Source: Eubacteriales bacterium
GTDB taxonomy: Bacteria > Bacillota > Clostridia > Oscillospirales > SIG627
Reading direction: 5' to 3'
Length of the DNA stretch: 64,000 nt
Assembly (NCBI GenBank): GCA_045597125.1
Contig: JAZODR010000031.1
Location: forward strand, 40,836-104,835
Part shown: piece after piece, positions 39,331 through 48,813 of the stretch
Layout of the letters: the number at the start of each line of letters is the position of its first letter
How positions within the stretch are numbered: the first letter of the stretch is position 1
The notes under the pieces: model-generated
What the model was told of the DNA's origin: nothing
Seen by the model: only the letters and a program-made list of their open reading frames with translations
The model's database searches: none
Translations under genes and position numbers: made by a program

Positions 39331-39369
39331 AAAAAACCCTTTCTGCTCTTGTGGCGGAAAGGGTTTTTT
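39331..39369 (+). terminator. intrinsic terminator after rnj
   Basis: 13-bp stem aaaaaaccctttc / gaaagggtttttt with a 13-nt loop. Confidence 0.7.
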
Positions 39370-39428
39370 GAAGGAGAATTTTATGAAAAATAACCAATAA
39401 ACTCTCCCTAAAATATACATAAAAACGC

Positions 39429-39457
39429 TTGATTTTTCTGTATATCTATGGTAGAAT
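39429..39457 (+). promoter_or_regulatory. putative sigma-A promoter of the secreted-protein gene
   Basis: TTGATT, a 17-nt spacer, then an extended -10 TGgTAGAAT. Confidence 0.55.
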
Positions 39458-39518
39458 CAATTGTAAATATATAAAATCGGTTTGGTGTATTCAATCAAAC
39501 TTGGAAAGGGAAAGAATT

Positions 39519-42209
39519 ATGAAAAATAGAATTCTTGCTTTGGTGCTTGCTTTTGCAACGGTGATTGGTCTTGTACCCGTTGTTGCATCTGCCGTTCCCT
39601 ATACTCCCTCTGCCAATGCGTGGAAGGATTTTGGCCAACAGCATATTTATTTGTATGAAGTAACAAAAGGAGAGGCTGCGCCCAAAATGGACGGTTTTGT
39701 AACCGATTCCGATGGATACGGAAAGCCTGTTGCTACGTACGGATTCCGTTACTGCACCACTGCGGAGTATGTAACGCCGGCTCTGGAAAAAAGACCTGAG
39801 TTTAAACTTCGCAATGACGGTACTTACTACGTATTTCCTACCCAGGACTCTCCTCAGGAAGTTTGGGATACCATTCAGAGCTTTGAAAGTGATAGCCCCT
39901 ACGGTTATATTTGGTCCTACTGGGTTCCTGCCACTTCTTTCGCTGCTACCGGTACGTATTATTACCAGAATCCTCATACCTTGGCATTTGGAAATGCTTA
40001 TCATGTAACAGCCGATACCTTTAAGGAGTATGCTGTTCGCAGCGCGGATAATCATCTGGTTCTTCATAATGCCGCAGCCTTGAAAGAAGAGCCTGTCGAT
40101 TGGCAGAAGAACTACGCAAATTACTTTTATAGACCCACCGGTTCCAGCTATTACGAACCCGCTGAGGCCGGCGAAGACGGAAAGGCACCTGATTTTTCCG
40201 CTAAGACTTATTACTCCGGTGAAAAAATCGTGGTGAATCAATTGTTTCAGAAGAATGAGGGTTCCCAAAATGCTGTTGCTACCGTTGCAGCGTTGAAGAA
40301 AGGTCACGTGATTCTTCCCGAGAAGATGAATCTTTATATGCGGTACAACGACACGTATTTGTATTATGCTCTTGAGATGACGGAAATGAAGCATATTACT
40401 GCATATTACCGTGATACTTATTTTTATGGTACTACCATGAGTAATATACCCGCTGTTTTTGCCAATGCCAACGATTACAGTGGTTATATTGAAAAGTCTA
40501 ATTACGACGGTAAGGACGCCACTATGACTCTTTCCGCTACGATCCGTTCTTATATCAATGCTGCTACCAACGTAAAGAGTACCTTGAACATTCTTAGAAA
40601 ATATGGAGATTTGGAAGCGACTGCCATCGGCGACGTAACAAAAGTTGGAGTTGACTACAATGTGACCCATAAGCCTTATGTGCCTCCCGTAAAGGAAGAG
40701 GTTGAAGAAGATCCTTTTGGCGATTTCGGTATGATGGAGGAATTCGAGGAGGGAGAAGATCTGACCTCCGGTAGTTACGGTACCACTACTTACGAGCGCC
40801 GTATTCCTTGGAAGGTGCTCAACGGTAAGTATAATCCAAATACTTCCGCCACTGCAGTTCCCGAAATGTTCACTGCTCTTAACTACGTTACCCTTGAGAA
40901 CAGCTTTGGTGGCGATGCGTTTTACTTCAATTTCTCCATTCCTCGTGAAGCAAGAATGCTTGCCAGCCGCAGCAGTAGCTATGACAGAGTTTTCCATACG
41001 ATGAGATATTTCCACAGAGACGGTTTGACCGAGGGTGAGGCTTACGGTACTTACAACTGGCTTTGGGCGACAATGTCTTCTACCTACGGCGCTTGGGAAC
41101 CTTACGTAACCGACTATGAGACCATCACCTCCAGAAAAGCCACATCGATTTCTCACTATCCCTTTACTTATTTCACTGCTGGTCAGGAAGCGCCCGACGG
41201 ATATATTCAGCCTTCGTATCACGGGGCTAATATACGTGCTGACGGTGCTGAAAACCAAAAGATGCGTATTCAGATTAATGTTCCTAAGACCGATAAGGAA
41301 ATTGAGGAGATCGGTGCAATTATTGCTCCTACCGAGGCTGCAAGAAGAACCCAGCTGAAGCTTGGTATGGATTCTATTGCATACCATGCTGAGGATTTCC
41401 CTGTCCTCACCGGTGTTTTGGAAGATGGCTCGTGGATCAATATGACGACCGATGCTGATAAGTATTTTGCTGTGAGTGCGACGCCCAATGATTCTGACTC
41501 TTTTGCTTCTATGGATCAGTACGGCGGAAAGACTACCGGTGTTTATACAGTCTATACGTTAGCTGCAGACCTTGAAAAGACTGAGAAAAATATTGATCCC
41601 GAAACCGGAGCAGAACTTGGAACCCTTTATTCTGTTGTATTTGGTGGTCCCGGCGGTGAAGGACTGTTCCACGACTTCGATGATTACTTTACTTTCTATA
41701 CCATTCGTCCCTATATCATTTATAAGGATGGTACGGTGGTTTACGGTGAGCACGAGTACAAGAGCATTTATTATATTGCTTGTTGGTTGATTCAGGATAT
41801 GCTTTCCGATTACAACGAGCAGGTTACCGGTGATACTGCAGTAGATATTCAGTATAATATGAATGAAATGTATCTTGCTACCGTTAAGGATGCTGAAGGC
41901 AACGTTTTGACAACTCCTTCCGGCGAGAGCATTTATGTTCCTACTACGTTTGCAACATCGAGCTATTCACCTTATTGTGGCGGTAGTGAGAGATCTTTGT
42001 ACTACAATGATGAAGCGAGACTGTTGGTTTTCCGTTGGTTTGCAGTTCGTTTGATTAATCGTTCTAATAGCTCTTCGCTTCGTCCTGAGTATTACGAGGA
42101 TTTTCATCCTGATGTGAAGGTACTTGTTGAACAGTACGTACAGATGTTTGAAAATATTTGGAACATTATCATTCAGTGTGAAAACACGCGATACATCGAA
42201 ATGAGATAA
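39519..42209 (+). CDS. large secreted protein of unknown function, 896 aa, Tyr-rich
   Basis: The signal peptide is MKNRILALVLAFATVIGLVPVVASA. There is no TM, sorting signal or catalytic motif that I recognise. The N-terminal part may have a CBM9/DOMON-like fold (APKMDGFVTDSDGYG ... NDTYLYYALEM). Confidence 0.6.
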   Translation: MKNRILALVLAFATVIGLVPVVASAVPYTPSANAWKDFGQQHIYLYEVTKGEAAPKMDGFVTDSDGYGKPVATYGFRYCTTAEYVTPALEKRPEFKLRNDGTYYVFPTQDSPQEVWDTIQSFESDSPYGYIWSYWVPATSFAATGTYYYQNPHTLAFGNAYHVTADTFKEYAVRSADNHLVLHNAAALKEEPVDWQKNYANYFYRPTGSSYYEPAEAGEDGKAPDFSAKTYYSGEKIVVNQLFQKNEGSQNAVATVAALKKGHVILPEKMNLYMRYNDTYLYYALEMTEMKHITAYYRDTYFYGTTMSNIPAVFANANDYSGYIEKSNYDGKDATMTLSATIRSYINAATNVKSTLNILRKYGDLEATAIGDVTKVGVDYNVTHKPYVPPVKEEVEEDPFGDFGMMEEFEEGEDLTSGSYGTTTYERRIPWKVLNGKYNPNTSATAVPEMFTALNYVTLENSFGGDAFYFNFSIPREARMLASRSSSYDRVFHTMRYFHRDGLTEGEAYGTYNWLWATMSSTYGAWEPYVTDYETITSRKATSISHYPFTYFTAGQEAPDGYIQPSYHGANIRADGAENQKMRIQINVPKTDKEIEEIGAIIAPTEAARRTQLKLGMDSIAYHAEDFPVLTGVLEDGSWINMTTDADKYFAVSATPNDSDSFASMDQYGGKTTGVYTVYTLAADLEKTEKNIDPETGAELGTLYSVVFGGPGGEGLFHDFDDYFTFYTIRPYIIYKDGTVVYGEHEYKSIYYIACWLIQDMLSDYNEQVTGDTAVDIQYNMNEMYLATVKDAEGNVLTTPSGESIYVPTTFATSSYSPYCGGSERSLYYNDEARLLVFRWFAVRLINRSNSSSLRPEYYEDFHPDVKVLVEQYVQMFENIWNIIIQCENTRYIEMR

Positions 42210-42212
42210 CAA

Positions 42213-42246
42213 AAAAAGGAATTCGACGAAAGTCGAATTCCTTTTT
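42213..42246. terminator. bidirectional intrinsic terminator
   Basis: 15-bp perfect stem aaaaaggaattcgac / gtcgaattccttttt with loop gaaa, between convergent genes. Confidence 0.87.
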
Positions 42247-42247
42247 G

Positions 42248-43054
42248 TTATTGATGTATGTGAACGTTCATTTTAGGCTGAGGGCCTTGAATTTGTAGCT
42301 TTTCCAGAGCATCTTTAGTTCTTTCTAAAAGATCGGAGCGTACCGTCCAATAATCTTCACGGTTGCACCATACACGTAGAGAGAAAACTAAGGCGGTATT
42401 TTCTTGGCGTACGAGTCTGGCATCGGGAGCGGGAGTATCCAAAACTAAATCGTGTTGTTGGGCAAGTACGGTCAGGATTTTTTTCATGCGCTCGGTATCG
42501 GTTCCAAGAGCGACGGAGAATTCCAAATCTACGCGGCGAGTTTTTTCAGCGGAGAAATTGGTAATTACGGAATTTATCAAGGTAGAGTTGGGGATGTTGA
42601 TGTCTTTGTTATCAGGGGTAACCAGTCGCGAGGAAAGCAGGTTGATCTCTTTGACAGTTCCTTCTTTTCCGTTTGCTTCAATGTAGTCATTTACATGGAA
42701 GGGATGGAAAATCAGAAGCATGATGCCACCTGCAAAGTTGGAAAGGCTTCCTTGCAGAGCCAGACCAATGGCAAGACCGCAGGAGCCTACGATGGCAACC
42801 ACGTTTGTCATGGGAACTCCCAGATTTGCCGCAACGGTGAGAATCAGAACTACCTTTAAAATTATGGAAATACAGGTGGTGATGAAGCCTTGCGCTCCGG
42901 GATCAACTTTGGCAAAGTGACGGTTTTTGCGAATCAGTTTTATCAAAAAGCCAATCAAATACCAGCAAAGAATGAGCAAAATAATAGAGCAAACAATCTT
43001 GATTCCGCTTGTGGCAACAAACTCGCCGAGTTTTTCCAGTAAAGATTTTAACAT
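42248..43054 (-). CDS. mscS: small-conductance mechanosensitive channel (MscS family)
   Basis: Three N-terminal TMs are followed by LSNFAGGIMLLIFHPFHVNDYIE..GTVKEINLLSSRL. AAGGAG lies 7 nt before the ATG, which is 15 nt after the recG stop. Confidence 0.85.
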   Translation of the reverse strand: MLKSLLEKLGEFVATSGIKIVCSIILLILCWYLIGFLIKLIRKNRHFAKVDPGAQGFITTCISIILKVVLILTVAANLGVPMTNVVAIVGSCGLAIGLALQGSLSNFAGGIMLLIFHPFHVNDYIEANGKEGTVKEINLLSSRLVTPDNKDINIPNSTLINSVITNFSAEKTRRVDLEFSVALGTDTERMKKILTVLAQQHDLVLDTPAPDARLVRQENTALVFSLRVWCNREDYWTVRSDLLERTKDALEKLQIQGPQPKMNVHIHQ

Positions 43055-43069
43055 AACAATCTCCTTTTT

Positions 43070-45085
43070 TTAATTGAGACGGACCGTACCCGTATAAGGG
43101 AGCAGTTCTTCTTCGGCGGCACTTTCCAAAAACAATCTTGCCGCTTCACCCGCATCGCGGATCATTTCCATAGAAAAGGATTCGGAAATCGGGTCTGCCC
43201 CGAAACCGGACTGTCTTGTGCCAAAAAATTCTCCCGGCCCGCGGGTCTTTAAATCAAATTGAGCAAGTTCAAAGCCATCATGGCAGTCGCATAGTTTTTT
43301 CAACCGTTGTCTTGCACTCTTGCCTGAATGGGAGGAAATAAGAATGCAGTAAGATTTTTCTTTGCCCCGCCCAACCCGTCCCCGCAATTGGTGCAGTTGG
43401 CTTAAGCCAAATCGTTCCGCACAACGGATACACATCACGGTAGCGTTTGGCACGTCAACTCCTACTTCAATCACGGTGGTGGAAACAAGTAGTTTTAATT
43501 GACCTGTTGCAAAACGTTCCATCACGGAATTTTTTTCACTAGGCTTCATTTTTCCGTGGAGTAGAGCGCAAGGGATATCAGGCAATTCTTTTTGTATTTC
43601 CTTCATTTGATCCATGATGGACGTGAGTGGTGAAAGCTCTTCTTCGTCTTGAATCAAGGGGCAAACGACATAGGCTTGTTTTCCGCCTTGAATTTGTTCT
43701 TTCAGAAATGAATATATGCGAGGAAGCTTGTCTTCCCCCACGTATAAGGTGTCCACTTTTTGTCTTCCCGGTGGTAATTCATCTATAATGGAAATGCGGC
43801 TTTTGGCGTGAAGAAACATTGCAAGACTGCGGGGGATGGGCGTAGCACTCATTACAAGAGAGTGAATGGCGCCGCCCTTTTCACCCAGTCGGTTTCGATG
43901 ACGGACACCAAAGCGGTGTTGCTCGTCGGTAATGGCAAGTAAAACTCCTCCGCAACGAGTTCCTTCTTCAATGAGCGCGTGGGTTCCGATGAGAAGATAG
44001 GGTTTTTCTCCCGTAGTTTGCCGAAAAATTTCTTCTCGCTCTTTTTTTGGAGTAGAGCCGGTGAGAAGAAAAACGGGGATGCCAAAGGGAGAAAACAGTT
44101 TGGAAAGTCCTACCGCGTGCTGCTTTGCCAGAATTTCTGTGGGCGCCATAAACAAAGTGCTTTTTCCGTTTTTTGCCACCAGATATGCTACGGCTGCGGC
44201 AACCAAGGTTTTTCCGCTTCCCACATCGCCCTGCAAGAGCCGGTCCATGGGGGCAATTTTGCCGCATCCGCAAAGATCGCCACAGATTTCATCAATAGCT
44301 TTTCTTTGCGCATTGGTAAGAGAAAAAGGCAATGCTGCAAAAAAATCACTTAGGTCAAGGCATGTAAGAGAATCCACTCGCTTTTTTTCAATCTCAATGG
44401 AAAAGAGGGTGGATTGGACGCTGAATTGGAACAGTTCCTCGAAAGCAAAACGGTATTTTGCAGAAGAAAGGCTTCGTTCGTTTGCGGGCCTGTGCATCAG
44501 ATATACTGCTCTTGTACGCGGAATTAAATTGAATTTTTCTATAATGGTAGCGGGAAGTGTTTCGGGAATTTCCGAAAGCAAATCAACAAGAATCTGATCC
44601 AAAAGACTTGCTACTTGTTTGGAGGAAAGTCCTCCTAAGGCGGGGTAGATGGGAAAGAGTACATCCTCTTTCGGCTTGACAGATTCCCGTAGGGGTGAGA
44701 ACAAATAGAAAACGCCGTTTTTTTCTTGTAGGACACCGCCAAAATATAGGCTTTGTCCCATAAAGATTTGATTTTTCAAATAAGGTTGATGAAAGTGGAG
44801 CACTTGAACTGCATTACCGCTTTCATCGGAAGCTACATAGCGGAGCGTTTTTCCTCTCCCTTTCAGGTTCAGGATGACCGGCGAGGTATCCACGGTAAGA
44901 TGAAAATAGGAAAATACACCCACTCGTTCCGAGGAAAGGGGATATACTTTTCCGCTTCGGTAAGAGTTGGGAAAACGAAACAGCAGGTCGCCCAGCGTTT
45001 CAATTCCGTTTTTTCTCAAAGCTTCTTGACGCTTTGCTCCGATGCCTTTCAGACTCGAGATGGAGGAAGAGAGCGAGGGCGCCAT
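43070..45085 (-). CDS. recG: ATP-dependent DNA helicase RecG
   Basis: LLQGDVGSGKT, DEQHRFG, the wedge/OB N-terminus and GRVGRG are present. The ATG at 45085 overlaps the upstream stop (TAATG). Confidence 0.9.
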   Translation of the reverse strand: MAPSLSSSISSLKGIGAKRQEALRKNGIETLGDLLFRFPNSYRSGKVYPLSSERVGVFSYFHLTVDTSPVILNLKGRGKTLRYVASDESGNAVQVLHFHQPYLKNQIFMGQSLYFGGVLQEKNGVFYLFSPLRESVKPKEDVLFPIYPALGGLSSKQVASLLDQILVDLLSEIPETLPATIIEKFNLIPRTRAVYLMHRPANERSLSSAKYRFAFEELFQFSVQSTLFSIEIEKKRVDSLTCLDLSDFFAALPFSLTNAQRKAIDEICGDLCGCGKIAPMDRLLQGDVGSGKTLVAAAVAYLVAKNGKSTLFMAPTEILAKQHAVGLSKLFSPFGIPVFLLTGSTPKKEREEIFRQTTGEKPYLLIGTHALIEEGTRCGGVLLAITDEQHRFGVRHRNRLGEKGGAIHSLVMSATPIPRSLAMFLHAKSRISIIDELPPGRQKVDTLYVGEDKLPRIYSFLKEQIQGGKQAYVVCPLIQDEEELSPLTSIMDQMKEIQKELPDIPCALLHGKMKPSEKNSVMERFATGQLKLLVSTTVIEVGVDVPNATVMCIRCAERFGLSQLHQLRGRVGRGKEKSYCILISSHSGKSARQRLKKLCDCHDGFELAQFDLKTRGPGEFFGTRQSGFGADPISESFSMEMIRDAGEAARLFLESAAEEELLPYTGTVRLN

Positions 45086-47256
45086 TACAGTTTTACAAGC
45101 TTTGCGGTCTCTCCGCAAACCTCACAAAGCTCCTCAGAGGAGGTAATGATGAAAAACTGAGAACAGGTTTCCCGCAAACCGTCGTAAAATTCCTTTGCTT
45201 GTGTTGTGGAAAGAATTGCCAGAGAATCATCAAAAATCATAGGAAATTGTGTGGAATGAAACATTTCGGAAAGCGCCAGACGGAAGGAGAGAACTCCCAT
45301 TTCTGTAATGACACCGCCTCCAGCCGCGATTAAGGGCAAGACGGATTTTTGGTCGCAGAAGCAAAGTTCAAAGTCTTCATCAAAAGCGAAGGATTCACCC
45401 TCGCGGAGGAGAAATGCCATACGGCGGTTGATTTTTGCCGCCAGGGATTTCTTTAGCGCATCTTCAAATTTATTTCTTCGCGCCAATGCCAGGGTAAGAT
45501 TTAAGTCGATGGCGTCGAATTCCGCTTTTTCTCGCTTCAGCTTTTCGGTGAGAGCTTCCAGCTCCTGACGAAGCTCTTCAGGGGTTCTGGCACTCTTCTC
45601 TTGTGCCTCTTGCAGTCTTGCGGTAACCAACGCTTTTTTCTTATACAGGGAATCGTTTTGCGCTTCTAAAAATGCGTGTTCGTTTTGCAGACTTAAAAAT
45701 TCAGGACTAACGGTAAGATTTTGGTTTTCCACGTTTTCCGTGAGCATTTTGCGGTAAAGGGCCTTGTCTTTTTCCAGCTCTTCCATAAGGTCATATAAGG
45801 CATCGTTTGCTTCAATAACTTCGTCGCAGAAGGAGAGAAGATCTCCATCTTCTTCCTGAAAGCCCAAACTTTTCGCCTTGTTGGAGAGAGATGCGTAAAT
45901 TTTGTTTTTTTCTTGGGTTTTGTGATTGCATTTGGTTTGTGCGCTTTCCACTTCATTTTCATAAATGGGAGTGGTTTTGCTGTGAGCGGATGCCTTTTCG
46001 TAAAGGTCGTAAAAAGCGGCAAGATTTTGTGCATCATAAATTTCCAGGATGTCTTTGATGCGGGAGGTGAACAGGGTAGATACGAAGAGAGAAGCGGTGC
46101 CGCACAAGGCGATTGCTGCCGCAGAAGCAATGCAGATGGCGATACTAAAATTAAAATGATGCAAAAGCAGAGCAACACAAGCCGCCCCTGCAATCAGCAA
46201 AATTCCAAGGATACGCAGGGCAAGGCGGAAGCCTTTTTCTTTTTGAATCTTCTTTTTTTGTTCCTGCAATTCCTCAAGGGCGTGTATTCCGGTGAAAAGG
46301 CCCTGATGGTAAGCCAAATTCTCTTTTGCCGATTCCATGGCGGAGTGGGCTTCGTTCAGGGCTGTGATTCCCAGACTCAAACGATTGTAATCGTTTTTCA
46401 TGGAAGCAAGCTCGTCTTGGGAGAGTTTTCCGATCTTCGTGGAAATTTCGTAGGAAGCCAGACGGTATTTCTTTTCTTTTGCAAGAATTTTTTTGTGAAG
46501 ATTCTCTGCATTCGCTTTGTTTTCGCTTAAACGAAGGTCATCTTCAAATCCTGCCATATCGGCTTTGATCAGAACACATCTGCGGTCATTTTCATCAATT
46601 TTTTCGGAAATCTCGGTAAGGATCGCTTTGCAGTCGCGAGTTTCCTGTTCCCAACTCGGGTATTCTTCCAACTGGCGATTCAGCTTGTCTTTTTCTGCCA
46701 AGAGTAAATCCAAACTGCCGTTTTTGTCATCGTTGCAATATAAGCGTCTTTTTTTATCTTGAACAAAAATGTCATGATAAAGATTTTCCGTGTCTCGGGA
46801 GAAGGATGCAATTTTGTTTAAGAGGGAAACTTTGGGCTTTGCAGCGGGGACTTCGTATTTTGTCTGTTTGAAATAGTTGATCAGGTCAAAGGTATCCTGA
46901 TCCAGTCCTGTTAGATATTCGCCCGGTGTAAGGGGGGTATCTATGGGAGTGGACGGGTCTTGGGAGTAAAATAAAAAAGACTCCTTGCCACGGATCACAC
47001 TTCGCTGGATTACAAAAGGGCCCTTTTCGGAATTGAAATAAATTTTTCCCTTGGCATCTTCTGCATTTCCTCTGGCAAGGGAAACAGAATCAGCGCCGAA
47101 CAGGGCAAATTGAATGAATTCACAAAGGCTGGTTTTCCCGCTTCGATAGGTTCCGAAGAGAAGATTGCCCTCCTGGGCGGGTTCTACCGTCAGGTTTCGG
47201 ATTTTTTTAAACTGTTCAATCTCAATTTTTTCTATGGTCAAATAATCTAATTTCAT
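45085..47256 (-). CDS. membrane-anchored Rad50/SbcC-like AAA ATPase (YhaN-like)
   Basis: The N-terminus is LLFGTYRSGKTSLCEFIQFALFG (Walker A). Long coiled-coil halves flank a central TM hairpin (ILGILLIAGAACVALLL...ICIASAAAIALCGTASLFV). The C-terminus is LSFRLAL...FPMIFDDSL (Walker B/D-loop). Confidence 0.68.
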   Translation of the reverse strand: MKLDYLTIEKIEIEQFKKIRNLTVEPAQEGNLLFGTYRSGKTSLCEFIQFALFGADSVSLARGNAEDAKGKIYFNSEKGPFVIQRSVIRGKESFLFYSQDPSTPIDTPLTPGEYLTGLDQDTFDLINYFKQTKYEVPAAKPKVSLLNKIASFSRDTENLYHDIFVQDKKRRLYCNDDKNGSLDLLLAEKDKLNRQLEEYPSWEQETRDCKAILTEISEKIDENDRRCVLIKADMAGFEDDLRLSENKANAENLHKKILAKEKKYRLASYEISTKIGKLSQDELASMKNDYNRLSLGITALNEAHSAMESAKENLAYHQGLFTGIHALEELQEQKKKIQKEKGFRLALRILGILLIAGAACVALLLHHFNFSIAICIASAAAIALCGTASLFVSTLFTSRIKDILEIYDAQNLAAFYDLYEKASAHSKTTPIYENEVESAQTKCNHKTQEKNKIYASLSNKAKSLGFQEEDGDLLSFCDEVIEANDALYDLMEELEKDKALYRKMLTENVENQNLTVSPEFLSLQNEHAFLEAQNDSLYKKKALVTARLQEAQEKSARTPEELRQELEALTEKLKREKAEFDAIDLNLTLALARRNKFEDALKKSLAAKINRRMAFLLREGESFAFDEDFELCFCDQKSVLPLIAAGGGVITEMGVLSFRLALSEMFHSTQFPMIFDDSLAILSTTQAKEFYDGLRETCSQFFIITSSEELCEVCGETAKLVKL

Positions 47257-47291
47257 AGATATTTCCTTAATATGTATATATTCTTAAATTA

Positions 47292-47320
47292 ATTATAGCG
47301 AAAAAGCGGATGTTCGTCAA
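47292..47320 (-). promoter_or_regulatory. putative sigma-A promoter of the YhaN-like/recG/mscS unit
   Basis: On the minus strand: TTGACG (47320-47315), a 17-nt spacer, then TATAAT (47297-47292). Confidence 0.55.
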
Positions 47321-47334
47321 TCGTTTTCCAAAAG

Positions 47335-47361
47335 AAATGAGGCGGTTATCCCGCCTCATTT
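47335..47361 (-). terminator. intrinsic terminator of the deacetylase pair
   Basis: 11-bp stem aaatgaggcgg / ccgcctcattt. The stop codon of the 47346 gene lies in the loop. CTTTT follows on the minus strand. Confidence 0.6.
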
Positions 47362-48035
47362 TCGATCATTTCCGAAATGGTGACAAATTCATACCCGTTT
47401 TCCTTCAGATAAGGAAGAATTTGTTTTAAAGCGTCAGGAGTGGGAAGACGTTTATCATTCAAATCGTGAAAAAGAATGATGTCTCCTCCCACAGCGTTTT
47501 CCTCGATTTTCGATACGATGGTATCGGATTTGGGCATACTCCAATCTCTTGTATCCAAGGACCAAAGAATGCTTTGATATCCCATTTCCTCGAGCACTGC
47601 GAGAGATTCCTCGTCATAGTATCCTCCCGGAGGACGAAATACGCAGGGTTTTTCTCCGGTAATGCGTTTTAAGACCTCCTCGGTCTTCCGAATTTCCTCC
47701 CGTAGAGCCTCTTTATCAATTTTTGAAATATAGGCATGGGTGTAGGTGTGATTTCCAATCTCGTGTCCCGCTTCGTAAATCATACGAATTCGGTTTGGGT
47801 CAGCCTCTGCATTCTCTCCAATGACAAAGAAGGTGGCGTGAATTCCGTATTCTTTTAAAATGGACAGAATCTCCTCTGTGTTCCGAATACTCGGACCGTC
47901 ATCAAAGGTGAGCGCAATTTGCCGTGTTTCCGCGGTTCCTTTCCGATAAGGCTTGGCTTTTGCGGAGAAAGAAAGAGGGAGTAACATACAAAGCGCTGCT
48001 AAAAGAGAGGCGATGCGCAATTTTAGCTTTGCCAT
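47346..48035 (-). CDS. polysaccharide deacetylase (NodB homology domain), secreted
   Basis: Signal peptide, then LTFDDGPS, HEIGNHTYTH and the RPPGG motif. Confidence 0.85.
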   Translation of the reverse strand: MAKLKLRIASLLAALCMLLPLSFSAKAKPYRKGTAETRQIALTFDDGPSIRNTEEILSILKEYGIHATFFVIGENAEADPNRIRMIYEAGHEIGNHTYTHAYISKIDKEALREEIRKTEEVLKRITGEKPCVFRPPGGYYDEESLAVLEEMGYQSILWSLDTRDWSMPKSDTIVSKIEENAVGGDIILFHDLNDKRLPTPDALKQILPYLKENGYEFVTISEMIENEAG

Positions 48036-48763
48036 AATTCCTCCAGACTGCCGAAGCGGTAGCCCTTCGACTTCATTTCACGGATGAAAGAGCTTAGAAT
48101 CTCGGCATTGGTTGCTGAGGTGGGATGAAGCAAAATCACCGCACCGTTGTGGACACGGCTGCAAAGCTTCTCCATCGCATATTCGGGACTTTTTTGATTA
48201 TTGTTGTCCCAATCTGCCCAGGCAAGACTCCAGAAAACCGTTCGATAACCAAGGCGAGAGACTGTTTCCAGAGCTTCCTCGGAGTATGCGCCTTCCGGCG
48301 GACGGAAATAGGGGTCTGTTCCCCGACCGCATACTTGTTCACAGACATTTTCAAGTTCTTTGATTTCCTTCTCCAATTCTTCGGGAGAAAGGGTGGTGAT
48401 ATTGGGATGCTTTGCCGTGTGGTTGCAGAGAAGATTGCCATTTTCACGAATGGTTTTGCATAGCTCGGGATTTGCCTCAATGAAGTGGCGCAAAACAAAA
48501 AATGCTCCCGTTATCTTTTCTTCTTGCAGAGTTTTTACGATTTTTGCTACGTTTCCGTTTTCATACCCTGCATCAAAGGTCAGATAAAGCACTTTTTCAT
48601 CCTTGCCGATTCCTTTCCCAAGTTTTTCATTTAGCGCGGGAAGACCCGGACGCTCATTGTTTCCCTTAGAAGAAAAATACCAATTTTCACCGCTTTTTGC
48701 GGTGGCAAAGGAAGATGCCGACAGGATAATGACCGATAAGAAAAATGAAATTATTTTTTTCAT
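48023..48763 (-). CDS. NodB-family deacetylase, PdaA-like (delta-lactam biosynthetic type)
   Basis: Signal peptide, then LTFDAGYENGN, FFVLRHF, CNHTAKHPN and FRPPEG. AAAGGAGGA Shine-Dalgarno. Confidence 0.75.
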   Translation of the reverse strand: MKKIISFFLSVIILSASSFATAKSGENWYFSSKGNNERPGLPALNEKLGKGIGKDEKVLYLTFDAGYENGNVAKIVKTLQEEKITGAFFVLRHFIEANPELCKTIRENGNLLCNHTAKHPNITTLSPEELEKEIKELENVCEQVCGRGTDPYFRPPEGAYSEEALETVSRLGYRTVFWSLAWADWDNNNQKSPEYAMEKLCSRVHNGAVILLHPTSATNAEILSSFIREMKSKGYRFGSLEELWQS

Positions 48764-48813
48764 TTTTATTTCCTCCTTTACGCTTTTTATTGTTCCACAT
48801 GGGCAAAAAAATA

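Noticed and set aside
37620-41387. 522-aa and 630-aa minus-strand ORFs opposite rnj and the secreted-protein gene. Similar ORFs lie opposite nusA (28628-29842), pfkA (11781-12806), nrnA (33263-34120), YfhO (19398-20219, 20259-21062), the ABC genes (50756-51799, 53610-54419) and glyQS (54453-55475).
   Set aside because: Each one shares codon phase with a well-supported sense gene, which I checked arithmetically. The same codon-bias explanation applies. None has a recognisable motif or translation signal.
45086-45118. N-terminal extensions in the ORF track: recG from 45118, YfhO from 18393, ttcA-like from 21094, the secreted protein from 39429, glyQS from 54609, the CPA2 gene from 56780, and others.
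   Set aside because: In each case an internal ATG, GTG or TTG has a proper Shine-Dalgarno at 5-9 nt and gives a family-typical N-terminus. The extension would run through the upstream gene, terminator or promoter.
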